From a virus, in the IMG/VR virus record IMGVR_UViG_3300037493_002420, positions 4,461 through 68,460 of that record: a DNA stretch of 64,000 nucleotides. One strand, written 5' to 3'. Shown here one piece after another: positions 11,540 through 22,262 of the stretch (the stretch's first letter is position 1; every line of letters starts with the position of its first letter). The notes beneath the pieces are model-generated. The model did not search any database. It was not told the DNA's origin and was given only the letters and a program-made list of their open reading frames with translations. The position numbers and the translations under genes are program-made.

Positions 11540-13084
11540 TTATATATCTTCTACAGTATAACCTGCATCAATATAACTTTGTATTTCATCTTGAGTTAGT
11601 TCAAGTTCTAATGAACCTCCTTCAGCAGCCATAGCCATTCTATCATTATCAGTATAACCTAATCTTTCATATGCTTTTCTACCTTCTCTTAATGGTAGAT
11701 TAGGTATACCACCTACATCAAAATAATTAGACTTAGGATCAAATATTTTTTTCTTTTTAGACTTTACTTTTTTTAATAATGGTGAGTCATGAAACACTTT
11801 ATTAGTTGCTTCTAAACTTCTAGAATACTTTTTAAGACTACCTCCTTTTTTTTGTTGAATAAGTTCTGGTCTTTCTTCAGTCTCATTACCTTCAGCATCA
11901 ACATATATTACTCTTGGTGCATTAGCAGGTTCCCAATTTGCTTCTCCAGGAAACTTTGCAGAATAAGGAACTTGTCTCATTTCTTTCATTCTATATTTAT
12001 CTTCTCTATTTGGATCAGCTTCCATTACAGTTTGAGATCTATTAGCAACTTGTATAGGTTCCTGCTTCTTAGGTGTATAGTTAAATGTTTGAGGAACTAT
12101 TTCTGGTGATAATTTTTCAGATTGTATTCCTCTAATTTGTAATTTTCCTATTTCAGGAAGTGGTTTTCTTTCTGGTTTATTATTTTTATTAGATTTAAAA
12201 GGTATATTTAAAGCAGTTAATCTTGATGTTGGAATACCTATAGTACCATATTTTTGTAATCTTGTTTTTATTTCAGCATCAGTAAGTAATTTACCTGGCT
12301 TAATAGCAATAGGATCATATCTATATGAATAAGAAGATGGTTTCGCTTTATTATTAATTGGTGCCATATCACCTTCTTTTTGCGGTGAAATTCCAGGATG
12401 TCGCCAGGTAAAAGGAAGTCCGATATCATCACCTGCTCCTTGTGCCCAATCCGTTGAACCTACAAAATCTCCCTTTTTTGTTACATATGAATTAAAAGGA
12501 TGGGTTCTTTGTTTTAACTTTTTATCATTTGAGTATATTAAGTGTTGTGATTGGTAAATCTTATCTGGATTAAAACCAGACTTACTCTTATCATATTTTA
12601 TTAAGTCTGTCCAATGATAATCATTCTTTGACATCCATTTATTTAATTCTAAACTATTGTTATAAAGAAATAAACTATCTGCATAAGTAGGAGTACTATA
12701 TCCTTTTTGAGCTTTAGTTAATTGAGGTATTGATATATCTTCCACTATGTATCCGCCTTTTCTATATTGTTCTATTTCTTCATCTGTAAGTTCAGCATCT
12801 ATATAATCATCTGAGTTACCTTGAGGAAATTCATCAACATAGTCTGCACCGGGAAATTGATACTCTTGACCAGGATACATCATTTGTGGTTGACCTACAT
12901 TAGGTTGTGCTAATACAGGATAGTTTACCCCTTTCATCGTAATATTACTAGCAGGTATTCTAGTATTCTGTCCAGGGTATTTCCATTGACCTAACGGATC
13001 CCTAATAATATCTTTAGGCTTAGCTGGTGCTTTAGCTTTGTCTAAATTATCTACAGCTGTTTTAAGTACTTTTCTATTATGCAT
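11540..13084 (-). CDS. Probable virion protein, 514 aa
   Basis: N-terminal GQWKYPG..NITMKGV.YPV..MYPG.EY.FPG domain; duplicated ELTxxEIxxYxxxGYxVEDI module. Confidence 0.45.
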   Translation of the reverse strand: MHNRKVLKTAVDNLDKAKAPAKPKDIIRDPLGQWKYPGQNTRIPASNITMKGVNYPVLAQPNVGQPQMMYPGQEYQFPGADYVDEFPQGNSDDYIDAELTDEEIEQYRKGGYIVEDISIPQLTKAQKGYSTPTYADSLFLYNNSLELNKWMSKNDYHWTDLIKYDKSKSGFNPDKIYQSQHLIYSNDKKLKQRTHPFNSYVTKKGDFVGSTDWAQGAGDDIGLPFTWRHPGISPQKEGDMAPINNKAKPSSYSYRYDPIAIKPGKLLTDAEIKTRLQKYGTIGIPTSRLTALNIPFKSNKNNKPERKPLPEIGKLQIRGIQSEKLSPEIVPQTFNYTPKKQEPIQVANRSQTVMEADPNREDKYRMKEMRQVPYSAKFPGEANWEPANAPRVIYVDAEGNETEERPELIQQKKGGSLKKYSRSLEATNKVFHDSPLLKKVKSKKKKIFDPKSNYFDVGGIPNLPLREGRKAYERLGYTDNDRMAMAAEGGSLELELTQDEIQSYIDAGYTVEDI

Positions 13085-16000
13085 TACCTAAGTGATATTT
13101 GATTTTTACTATTAGTTATTTTAAGAATCATATTTATATCTCCTGAAATATCTTTTCTCAAATATAATAAATTTAAATAGTGTCTTAATTTTTTTCTTTG
13201 TAAAGGATCTTTATTATAATCTAAGTTAACTGGATTAAGTACTTTAATATAACCATTAGATTGAGTAACCCAAAGATTTTCTTGTGCATGTGCACCCGGT
13301 AGAATTGTAGTACCTGGAATTACTGGTGTAGTATTAGGATATACTGAACCAATAGGAAACTCTCCTCTATCTTTTGTTATATCCCAAAACTGATTAAATC
13401 TATATTTGTTCTCTTCTTTAGAAAAAAGAATGTCATAAGAAGGATTAGTTAAATTTAATTTAGGGTATGCTAAACTTAAAGTAATATTATTTTTAGGAAA
13501 TAAGTTTAAGTTAAGATATCCGGATACTTGTTCTGCATTAAACACTACAGCTCTATCAAAATTAAAGTCAAGTACTTGATACTGATCAACACAATTAAAT
13601 TCAGATCTTTTATAACATTCTAACATATACTCCATAGACTTTACTGTAGTAATAGTTTGACCTGTTACCATTGGTAGTTCTACTTCAAAAGGATAATCTA
13701 AACCATAGTAATTACAATAATGATTACATGAATCATTATGTCTCCATACTCCATTTTCTTTAGTAGTCATAAAAGTATGCTTAGATGGCATAACTAAATC
13801 AGGATGCCAGTCATGAAATGAAATCCAGAATTTAGATTTAGGATCATAACTAGTTGTCCATGAAGCATCTTCAAATAAAATTGGATCACCTAAAGCAAAT
13901 GGTATTTTACCTAACATAAATGCATCAGCTTCATCATCATAAGTTACTCTATCTATATATTGTGGTCTTAATTTATAATCTTTTTTACAGAAGTATAATA
14001 CACTATTTTGATTATCAAAAACTGATTGACAACCAATACCCGCTACAGGATTATCTTGATGTGGATAATCAGGAAAATCTTGGGTAAGTTGATATGGCAT
14101 AAATAAAGTATACCACCACTTTAATCCTTCAGATGATATCTCAGTTATACCTTGAGTATATTGAAATATTTTACCTTGATTCTGTGACATGTAAAACATA
14201 CCTGCAGGAGTAGAAATAACACTTCTTCTATTTTGAGAAGAACCATACTCATATGCATCATCTGAAATTACTACACTTTGAGGAGTTTGTGAAAATAATC
14301 CACCATCACCTATAGTAATTTTAGTACCAGCTTCAGTTTGTAATTGATCAATACCTTGAATTACTAAAGGGCTTGCATTTTTAAATGTAATAAAGATACC
14401 AGTCTTAGCAAAGTTTTTAACTCCACTAATCTGATTTTTAAATTCTTTATAGTTATTTGCTAAATATACATACCAACTATCTTTAAATGATTGTTGTTGT
14501 TGAGGTAATGAATAAATTATTCTATCAGGATAATAAGTAAAACATAACTTAGCTACATTAGGATCATAATATTTACTTTGTAGAGCACCTTGAGAAAAAT
14601 ATTGTGTATATATTTTAGATACACTTAGTGAATAATCATAAGCATAATAATTACCTCTTGTAATAGTTTCAGGATTATTTCCAAATATAACTGGTAAGTC
14701 AGTAAAACTATAAGGATTATAAACTTGTTCTGCTACTGTAGTACCGCTTTCTCTAAAATCTACTAATACATCACTCTCTACAAAAAAGTCTCTTACTGAA
14801 GAATTGTTTAAATAAAAATATGATTTTTTAACTCTAAATAATCCTGGATAATCCCCGTGTGTATCATCAATATATCCATATCCTGGATGTGATATTCCTA
14901 TACCAGATGTCCATGCTGTATAATCTAAATTATAATAACTTGTTGGAAAAGGACCTATACCTGTATCAATATCATTTAAAAGATTGGCAATACTACCAAT
15001 ATTAAATAATTCACCTAAACTATTTATATCATATCTTTGACTATTAGCCCAAAATCTTGGGGCTCCAATCATATTTCTTTGATAATAATTATATTCAAAC
15101 CCATCAGGTTGTCCATATAACCAGTCATAGAAAAAGAACATACTATTCTTTTCAGTGTATCTATTTATATATGTATCCCCTCCAAAAAAAACTGGAGTAG
15201 CGGGAATTATTTGTTGAAGTAATTGACCTATACCTGGACAAAATGTACTAGTTGTAATAGTTTGTATTCCTGAATCAGATATATGTTGTTCACATGGAGT
15301 TACTATTAATTGTTTAATAGAGTTTAATTGTCCATATTGATTATCTATTCTTACTTTAACTCCTGCATAATGACTAGCTATAGTTGTATTAAATTCATCA
15401 TTAGGATTATCTATTGTATTAACACCCATACCTGCTATAGCTGCTGTACCTAATGTAACTAATGAATTATCTACAGAACCATTTACAATGTCAGACGGAC
15501 TATTAATAAATCTAGGTCCAAAATCTTGATTAAATTTATTAGTTGTTCTTAATATAACTGTATGAGAACGTTTAAGATTATTAATTTTATAATTTAACCC
15601 ACTAAATTCTGGAACTTGTTGTAATGTATCTTTTAAATAAAAACTATCTACAAGATTAAATCTTACAGTACTAGTTGCTAATGGTGCAAAATATGTATCA
15701 TAAAAACCATGTGCAATAGACTGTAATGCATAATCATCATAAGGTGCTAAAGCATACATTAATCTTAATGCCAATTCAGCTCCTTCAGAAAAATAATATA
15801 CAGATTGTTGTATATTAGCTATTATACCTAATGGTGTACCAAGGTATTCAGTTTTACCCATAGTTCTTGAATAATCCAAAGTTTCATTTTGAACTACTCC
15901 AAGTCCTGCTGCTGTATTAGCTGCTGCTCTAAGTACTGCATTATATCCATCTAAAAGAGGATATCCCGCAAATGCATCAGCAACATTAAGACCTGTACTA

Positions 16001-18336
16001 AAATATGTAGACATTAAACCATTATATATTCCTACAGCAGCACCCCATGCAGCATTTGCAGCCGCAGGCGCAAGATTTCCACCTGCTCCTGCAGTCATTG
16101 TCCATGTATTAATACCAACAGTACTTGGAGCTTGATTAAGAGTAAACTCACCACCCATAGATATAAGAGCTTCAATAACTCCAGCTACAAACATTGGAAA
16201 TAAAACTAAATTTCCTAATAATTTAAATTGAGGATGTTGATTAGGAATTATAAATTGTTGAGTACTAGTTCCTTTTAAGTTACCATATAACTTTAATTCA
16301 CTATTAGATAAAAAGGGATGTCTGAATCCGGTATCCGGTGAATGAAAAGTTATTATATTAGAAGGAACTGACTGATCTACAATATCACCATTTTCATCAG
16401 TTAATTTTATATAAGGATCATTTTGTCCTGCTACATGTCCACCTATTATACTACTGATAGGTGTAATAGTATTAAATGGATAATTAGGATATAATCCTGT
16501 TGGTAATCCAGCTGAACTATTTGTACCATTTTTAATATTATATGTTCTAAGGTTATTTAACATACCCTTAGCAATAATAGTTTTATTACCTTCTCTTGAT
16601 CCTCTTAATATTTCATAACCAACAATACCTTTTATATCATTACCATCATTATCTTTAGGGTATATAATATTTTTAAAGTCAACACCCATTACTCTAATCT
16701 TTTGACCACTATTAGTAAAATGATTATCAACTCTATTATCAGGAAACTTATGATGTCTAATAGGTAGACCACATAAATCAAAATCAATATTTGTATTAGC
16801 TGTCCAACATTGAGATGAAGTATTCCATATATCAGGCCTGTTATTAGGATAAATTTCCTTAGACTGCCAGTAACCCATTTTCCCTCTAGCCACTACTAAA
16901 CCACCATCAGGCAAAGTTGATTGAACTGTACTAGTTACAGTAGCTGTATTAATAGTCTGAAATAAAAGTGTATCTCCTGTTAATGTATTAAGATCATTAT
17001 AAGTTACATTTTCTACTATACCATTATAAGGTACAGCAACTCTACCGGGAATATGATATGAAGAAGATTTATCTCCTGTATTATATACCCATCTAATAAA
17101 AAAAGCATATACTTCATCTCTTAAATAACTTGTATTAGATCCACCATCAATATAATATGAAGCCGGATATTCTACTGATACCCATTCTGTTTGAATCATA
17201 TTAGCTAAAGGTTGATAGTTAAAATCAAACTTTGCTGTAGGGCCTACTCTGAGTAAATAGTTATTTACTTCAATCATTTGATCTGACTTTTCAAAGACTG
17301 GAGTTTGTATAGGTAGTTGTCTTATAGGAATATTTACTAAATCTAATTTTATTTGATCTAATTGAATATTAGTTGTTTGTGTAGAATAAGTTCCTATTTC
17401 TTTAGCTACTGTACCTTGATTAATAGTTTGAACTACTACTAATATAAATTCATCAAAATTTTGTGTGTCTGCTTCTATGTCTATATTAATAGATCCTTCA
17501 GAATCATTAACAGAATATACAGGTTGTATATTACTTCCATCAAAATAATCAGTAACTTTTTGACCATTAATAGAATAGGCAATAGTTGCTGAATAAGACC
17601 CGTTTAATAATGTACCTGCTCCTACAGCATTACTAACTTTGATACAAGGAGTTTTCATTAATCTTGCTACTCTTAATGCATTGCAATCTAAACTAGTAGT
17701 ATCTGTACAAATTTCACATTCTCCATCTTGTACACAAGATTGATTCCACGCAACTCCGGGCCATTGCATACTAAGTGCACCGTATACATAAGTATTATTA
17801 TTATTCCAAGTATATGCATTAGATGGCCAAGTTTGTGGATCTCCAACATTAATATGCCTATCTGGATTTTTACCATCAGCAAAAAATACTGACCAAGAAC
17901 AATCTTGAGTCTCTCTTGATGCTCCTGATATCAAAGAGTACTTACTAAATTTTAAACAAGTGTCTTGTACTATGGGTCTATAGTTACATGTATCTTCTTC
18001 ATATAATCCTATTTCAGATCCTATAGCTGGTCCTAATCCGGTAGATGCATAAGCTACTGTAAATAATATCCACTTATCACTATATAAATATATAGTTCCA
18101 ATGATATATCTTTTAGATCCTACAGGGCCTAAAGTCTGACCCGCTATTGCACAATTTATATTTGCTGACTCATTTGATAAGGCACCTAAATCTCCTTCAA
18201 GAGTATTATTAGATGCATTACGTGCATGTGTCCACATACCTTCTGATATAAAAGACGGATCAGAATCTTTATTAAGACCTTTTACAAAAGTATTAGTATT
18301 AGTCTTTGAAGTATCTTGTATATTTTTCTTTGCCAT
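13084..18336 (-). CDS. Tail stabilisation/muzzle protein (crAss-like), 1750 aa
   Basis: Starts NTFVKGLNKDSDP; has SYLRDEVYAFFIRW, PIRHHKFP, FGGDTYINRY and WISFHDWHP motifs; follows the tail ring genes. Confidence 0.7.
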   Translation of the reverse strand: MAKKNIQDTSKTNTNTFVKGLNKDSDPSFISEGMWTHARNASNNTLEGDLGALSNESANINCAIAGQTLGPVGSKRYIIGTIYLYSDKWILFTVAYASTGLGPAIGSEIGLYEEDTCNYRPIVQDTCLKFSKYSLISGASRETQDCSWSVFFADGKNPDRHINVGDPQTWPSNAYTWNNNNTYVYGALSMQWPGVAWNQSCVQDGECEICTDTTSLDCNALRVARLMKTPCIKVSNAVGAGTLLNGSYSATIAYSINGQKVTDYFDGSNIQPVYSVNDSEGSINIDIEADTQNFDEFILVVVQTINQGTVAKEIGTYSTQTTNIQLDQIKLDLVNIPIRQLPIQTPVFEKSDQMIEVNNYLLRVGPTAKFDFNYQPLANMIQTEWVSVEYPASYYIDGGSNTSYLRDEVYAFFIRWVYNTGDKSSSYHIPGRVAVPYNGIVENVTYNDLNTLTGDTLLFQTINTATVTSTVQSTLPDGGLVVARGKMGYWQSKEIYPNNRPDIWNTSSQCWTANTNIDFDLCGLPIRHHKFPDNRVDNHFTNSGQKIRVMGVDFKNIIYPKDNDGNDIKGIVGYEILRGSREGNKTIIAKGMLNNLRTYNIKNGTNSSAGLPTGLYPNYPFNTITPISSIIGGHVAGQNDPYIKLTDENGDIVDQSVPSNIITFHSPDTGFRHPFLSNSELKLYGNLKGTSTQQFIIPNQHPQFKLLGNLVLFPMFVAGVIEALISMGGEFTLNQAPSTVGINTWTMTAGAGGNLAPAAANAAWGAAVGIYNGLMSTYFSTGLNVADAFAGYPLLDGYNAVLRAAANTAAGLGVVQNETLDYSRTMGKTEYLGTPLGIIANIQQSVYYFSEGAELALRLMYALAPYDDYALQSIAHGFYDTYFAPLATSTVRFNLVDSFYLKDTLQQVPEFSGLNYKINNLKRSHTVILRTTNKFNQDFGPRFINSPSDIVNGSVDNSLVTLGTAAIAGMGVNTIDNPNDEFNTTIASHYAGVKVRIDNQYGQLNSIKQLIVTPCEQHISDSGIQTITTSTFCPGIGQLLQQIIPATPVFFGGDTYINRYTEKNSMFFFYDWLYGQPDGFEYNYYQRNMIGAPRFWANSQRYDINSLGELFNIGSIANLLNDIDTGIGPFPTSYYNLDYTAWTSGIGISHPGYGYIDDTHGDYPGLFRVKKSYFYLNNSSVRDFFVESDVLVDFRESGTTVAEQVYNPYSFTDLPVIFGNNPETITRGNYYAYDYSLSVSKIYTQYFSQGALQSKYYDPNVAKLCFTYYPDRIIYSLPQQQQSFKDSWYVYLANNYKEFKNQISGVKNFAKTGIFITFKNASPLVIQGIDQLQTEAGTKITIGDGGLFSQTPQSVVISDDAYEYGSSQNRRSVISTPAGMFYMSQNQGKIFQYTQGITEISSEGLKWWYTLFMPYQLTQDFPDYPHQDNPVAGIGCQSVFDNQNSVLYFCKKDYKLRPQYIDRVTYDDEADAFMLGKIPFALGDPILFEDASWTTSYDPKSKFWISFHDWHPDLVMPSKHTFMTTKENGVWRHNDSCNHYCNYYGLDYPFEVELPMVTGQTITTVKSMEYMLECYKRSEFNCVDQYQVLDFNFDRAVVFNAEQVSGYLNLNLFPKNNITLSLAYPKLNLTNPSYDILFSKEENKYRFNQFWDITKDRGEFPIGSVYPNTTPVIPGTTILPGAHAQENLWVTQSNGYIKVLNPVNLDYNKDPLQRKKLRHYLNLLYLRKDISGDINMILKITNSKNQISLR

Positions 18337-19370
18337 TATAACACAGTTGTAGGTCCAAAGTTTCTTGCATAAATACTATTTATTGGATATGACTTAAACA
18401 TGTCATAATACTTACCGTACATAGCTTTTCTATTAGTTAACCATAGTTTCTTCATCTCATTAAAGTTAGGTGTGTTAACCATGCTTAAAGCATTGTTTCT
18501 AGCAGCTTTAAGTCGTTGTTCTATTAACCCAAGTTTTTGTGTGACATCTTCACCATTCATATATAAATTTTCTAACAATCTTTGCTTGATAGCGTATTCA
18601 TAATATTCATTTAGTAAATCATGATCAGGAATTAATAAACTTCCATCTTCATCTTCTAAGTTACCTTGATAGTTTAAATATATACTACACGTTTCCATGT
18701 TAGTATATAAGAAACCATTTTTTATCCAACCTTCATTTGGTGTATTATAATATAAATTAGGACAATCACACTCAACATTTTGACTAGTCCTCATTCTTAA
18801 AGGGATTAATCTACTATAAGTTCTTGTTTGAGATGAATTAATAATCTGTACTAATTCATAAGCTTGGCCTTTACAGTTCAGAAACACTCTTGGCCTAATA
18901 CATGTATCTCCATAAGGATTATTAGGATCAAATTCTCCTGGTAAATAAGACGGAGGTCTTACAGATCCAGCACATCCTGCAGTATTATTACAAGGATTAG
19001 CATTACAAGTAGAACAGTTTACTGTAGGTGCAGCACAAATATCTACTGTAGAAGGTGTTTCTCTATATGGTACTTCTTGTATATTAGTTCCACCAATATC
19101 ATATCCAGTATTTACAGAAAATTCTCCACAGATAAAAGCAAAATTAAATGTATAAAAATCATCCGGTAATTTTACTTTACCATGACAAACTTCTAATACA
19201 ACTTCTTTTGTCATATTAATTCTAAGACCTAAATCATAAGTTACTCTTTTAGCAACTTTAATTAATTGTTGAGGCTCAATCATATTCTCTAAAGCATATC
19301 CTGAAAAGTCAACAGTAACATCTTCAATTAATTGCTCAAAGGTACGATACTTGAGTGTGTAGTTATACAT
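18336..19370 (-). CDS. Tail ring/tubular protein with Cys-rich insertion
   Basis: KVKLPDDF..YLNYQG..DEDGSLLIPD..EYYEYAIK pattern typical of crAss-like tail ring proteins. Confidence 0.55.
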   Translation of the reverse strand: MYNYTLKYRTFEQLIEDVTVDFSGYALENMIEPQQLIKVAKRVTYDLGLRINMTKEVVLEVCHGKVKLPDDFYTFNFAFICGEFSVNTGYDIGGTNIQEVPYRETPSTVDICAAPTVNCSTCNANPCNNTAGCAGSVRPPSYLPGEFDPNNPYGDTCIRPRVFLNCKGQAYELVQIINSSQTRTYSRLIPLRMRTSQNVECDCPNLYYNTPNEGWIKNGFLYTNMETCSIYLNYQGNLEDEDGSLLIPDHDLLNEYYEYAIKQRLLENLYMNGEDVTQKLGLIEQRLKAARNNALSMVNTPNFNEMKKLWLTNRKAMYGKYYDMFKSYPINSIYARNFGPTTVL

Positions 19371-20066
19371 TTATCTTTGTATTAAATAGTTATTAAATAT
19401 GATTTCTTTTAATATTTGTCTTGGTCTACCATAATAAAATTTATGACAAAGACTGTCTCTTTTAATATTAAAAAAATCCTCCACAGCTCTTTTACTATCA
19501 AAATTTAAAACTTGATTTGTTTCTAAATTAGTTACTTTAACAAGTTTACCTTTTTGTCTACTACCTTTAGCTTTAGCTCTTACCTTTTTAATTGCTTCTA
19601 TATGTTCAATAGTATAATTTCTTTTTTGACCTCTATTCTTTATTGCTCTAGCTTCAATATGTTCAGAAGATTGACAACGTCCTTTTAAACTTCCTGGTTT
19701 ACCACGTCTTGAATTTGCTTTTTTTATTAAGGCTTCTTCAGTCATATGAGATAAATCTTCACCTCCTAAAGTTAAATTATATCCATTTGATCTTATATGT
19801 GATTGATGATATTTTATCCAAAATATTTCTCTTTCTTTTAATAAATTTAATTCACATTTTTCAACTGGAAATATTGTTAACTTTTGTACCTTATTATATG
19901 AATTTTGCAAATAGGAATTATTATGCTTATTTCTTTTTAAATCATTTACATGATCTCGCACTCTAATTTTATAATGCTTAGTAAGACCAAAATACATTTT
20001 ACCTGTATCAGTATTAAGAATACAATATATACAAGGTTCATTATATGTGTTTTCAAGTATTTCCAT
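19371..20066 (-). CDS. GIY-YIG homing endonuclease with NUMOD3-like repeats
   Basis: CIYCILN..MYFGLT..R..H.NSYLQNSYNK..EREIFWI..GYNLT.GG; basic SxEHIE repeats. Confidence 0.88.
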   Translation of the reverse strand: MEILENTYNEPCIYCILNTDTGKMYFGLTKHYKIRVRDHVNDLKRNKHNNSYLQNSYNKVQKLTIFPVEKCELNLLKEREIFWIKYHQSHIRSNGYNLTLGGEDLSHMTEEALIKKANSRRGKPGSLKGRCQSSEHIEARAIKNRGQKRNYTIEHIEAIKKVRAKAKGSRQKGKLVKVTNLETNQVLNFDSKRAVEDFFNIKRDSLCHKFYYGRPRQILKEIIFNNYLIQR

Positions 20067-20737
20067 TATCTTATAGCATTTTGATTATCATCAGGACCAT
20101 TTGTTGGAATATTAATAGTTAAACTAAGTTCCTTAATTACAAATTGTTCAATTTCAGAAAATAAATATTCAGGTAAAGCAAATTGTTGTTCTTGTCTTAA
20201 TACACATTCATCATTTGGCTCACACATAAATTCACCAGTAGCTCCTTCAAAAATAGCTTCTACTTTAATAGCATCCCAATCTACATTAGGTATATATAAA
20301 TAACCATCAAGATACCAAAAATATATTTTTTTATTATATTTATAAGTAGTAGTTTTAGTCATTGATACATATATTGATGACTCTGTTCTAAATAATTTTA
20401 TTGAACTATCTATAGATGATACAGTACGTAATATAGGTCCAAACATACCATCAAAAATTGTAGGTAGTTTATTCTTAGTTCTTTTAATAGTACAACCGGA
20501 AGCAATACCAACACAGTCAGCTTCAATTTTATCAATATCAATTAACTCTACATATGGTAATACATGAAATAAAGAACTCATTTTCATAAGTCTATTTTGA
20601 TTATCTTCTCTTTTTAAAAGAGTTTTTCCATATTTAAGTAAAGAAAAGTAAATAGTTCTATCTGTTAAAAAAGCATCTTCTTTAACAGCTTTTAATGTAT
20701 TCCTTACTCTAGATATTGCTTCGGCTATTGTTGTCAT
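20066..20737 (-). CDS. Tail ring/tubular protein
   Basis: 223 aa, IYFWYLDGYLY..VEAIFE motif; structural module. Confidence 0.55.
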   Translation of the reverse strand: MTTIAEAISRVRNTLKAVKEDAFLTDRTIYFSLLKYGKTLLKREDNQNRLMKMSSLFHVLPYVELIDIDKIEADCVGIASGCTIKRTKNKLPTIFDGMFGPILRTVSSIDSSIKLFRTESSIYVSMTKTTTYKYNKKIYFWYLDGYLYIPNVDWDAIKVEAIFEGATGEFMCEPNDECVLRQEQQFALPEYLFSEIEQFVIKELSLTINIPTNGPDDNQNAIR

Positions 20738-21318
20738 AAGTCAAATTCATTATATGTTTTAAGTTCATAAGTTTCCTTATTTTTGCGCATTTCTTTAAGA
20801 ACAGTTCCTTGAAAAATTTTACGTATTTTTTTCATAGGGTCTACTCTAATATAATTCATCCAGTTTTCTGGATAAGTTTTAGCTAGTGTTCTTTTAAAAT
20901 TTCTACATCCTACAAAAGCCCAACACTCTCTATTTATAAATTTATATTTAGTAGCATCATTAGTATAAAATATTTTAGCTAATTTACCATCTGTATCCCA
21001 ATTAGTATTACTAACTAAAAAACCATATTTATTTGATTTACCAAAATCAATATTATTTTTTTTACTAGTTTGACAAGTACCTACAAATAAGTTACCTAGC
21101 TCTTCTGGAAATTTTACACCATCTCTACTATTTATAACTGTTTCATAAAAAAGTTCATTAAATGTTTTAATTATATTTCTTAATTCTTTATTATCTATAT
21201 CTTTAAATCTTGGATGCTTTTCTTTAAATCTTTTAAAAAAATCATCATTAATAATATGGTGTACTTTTTCTGTATACCTTGGTGCATTTAAATCTGGTTT
21301 ATTAAATACTTTACTCAT
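20734..21318 (-). CDS. IHF/HU-like DNA-binding protein
   Basis: Basic protein with GVKFPEELGNLFV motif, at the position of the crAss-like IHF-like gene. Confidence 0.5.
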   Translation of the reverse strand: MSKVFNKPDLNAPRYTEKVHHIINDDFFKRFKEKHPRFKDIDNKELRNIIKTFNELFYETVINSRDGVKFPEELGNLFVGTCQTSKKNNIDFGKSNKYGFLVSNTNWDTDGKLAKIFYTNDATKYKFINRECWAFVGCRNFKRTLAKTYPENWMNYIRVDPMKKIRKIFQGTVLKEMRKNKETYELKTYNEFDL

Positions 21319-21337
21319 ACTATATAGTTAATATACT

Positions 21338-21369
21338 AAAAAAAATCAAGACTAGGAAATTCCTAGTCT
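21338..21369 (-). terminator. Putative intrinsic terminator
   Basis: AGACTAGGA-AAT-TCCTAGTCT hairpin with a minus-strand U-tract nearby. Confidence 0.55.
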
Positions 21370-21379
21370 AGCAAATATA

Positions 21380-22165
21380 CTATTTATAATTTTTACTAAG
21401 TACTTTGTGTTTTAATAAGTCTATGTAAGATTTATTACTAATAGTAAATGGTGTACCACAAGTTCTTACATTACATCTCATATGATGTTTTGTAACCCCC
21501 ATTCCAGTTGTGTAAGTTTTATTTACATGAGCTTCTGTAGAACCACATTCTGGACATTCAAACTTATCACCTCCTCTAAGTGTTGCATAGTTAAGTTTAG
21601 GCATTGTGTATGACTTTAACTTATTATATACATTTTCTAATATAACTACATCATTCTCACAATATTCAATCATTGTCTTTAATGCTTCCGGATCTTTGTT
21701 AAAAATAATTTTTTTCCACATATCCATTCCTTCATGTTTAGTCTTTGCACCAACCCCTAGAAACTTAGCAATATAGTCAAGTTTGTTAGAGTTAAAGTTG
21801 AACTGAGCTTTGGCAAACTTCAGAGTATCAATACTTTGATACTTTGGAAACATTGGTAATCCATGAAATAAACATCTTGTTCTTAACCATTTAATATCAA
21901 ACCTATCTCCATTGTGTGCAACTATCTCATCTGCTTGATCTAATACTTTAATAAACTTTTCTAGTAATTTTTTATCTGACTGATTCTTGTCCCATGATAA
22001 AGTATGTGTATCTTTTTCACCTTCCCATTTCCATGACACGCAAATTATTGCTCTTTCATGTATTATGTCTTCAGGTTGTATGGATAAGTTATAACCACTT
22101 CTCCAAAATATTCCAACATTAAAACTTGTTTCAATGTCAAAAAATAATCTTTTTTTTGTTAACAT
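21380..22165 (-). CDS. RNase H-fold 3'-5' exonuclease (DEDD) with C-terminal zinc ribbon
   Basis: FFDIETS, HNGDRFD, IDTL, SNKLDY, YCENDV; CPECGS..C..C. Confidence 0.85.
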   Translation of the reverse strand: MLTKKRLFFDIETSFNVGIFWRSGYNLSIQPEDIIHERAIICVSWKWEGEKDTHTLSWDKNQSDKKLLEKFIKVLDQADEIVAHNGDRFDIKWLRTRCLFHGLPMFPKYQSIDTLKFAKAQFNFNSNKLDYIAKFLGVGAKTKHEGMDMWKKIIFNKDPEALKTMIEYCENDVVILENVYNKLKSYTMPKLNYATLRGGDKFECPECGSTEAHVNKTYTTGMGVTKHHMRCNVRTCGTPFTISNKSYIDLLKHKVLSKNYK

Positions 22166-22191
22166 ACTTACTATTTAAATTAGTAATATAG

Positions 22192-22220
22192 AAAATCCCC
22201 AAGATTTACGCCTTGGGGAT
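22192..22220 (-). terminator. Putative intrinsic terminator
   Basis: ATCCCCAAG..CTTGGGGAT hairpin with a minus-strand U-tract. Confidence 0.55.
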
Positions 22221-22262
22221 ATCCTTGTGTTTGTCACAGAAACCAACAAACTGTAACTTCTT

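Noticed and set aside
5312-20066. Group I introns or inteins around the two homing endonucleases
   Set aside because: Flanking genes have their own starts and stops and there is no room for intron core sequence; TerL also looks uninterrupted
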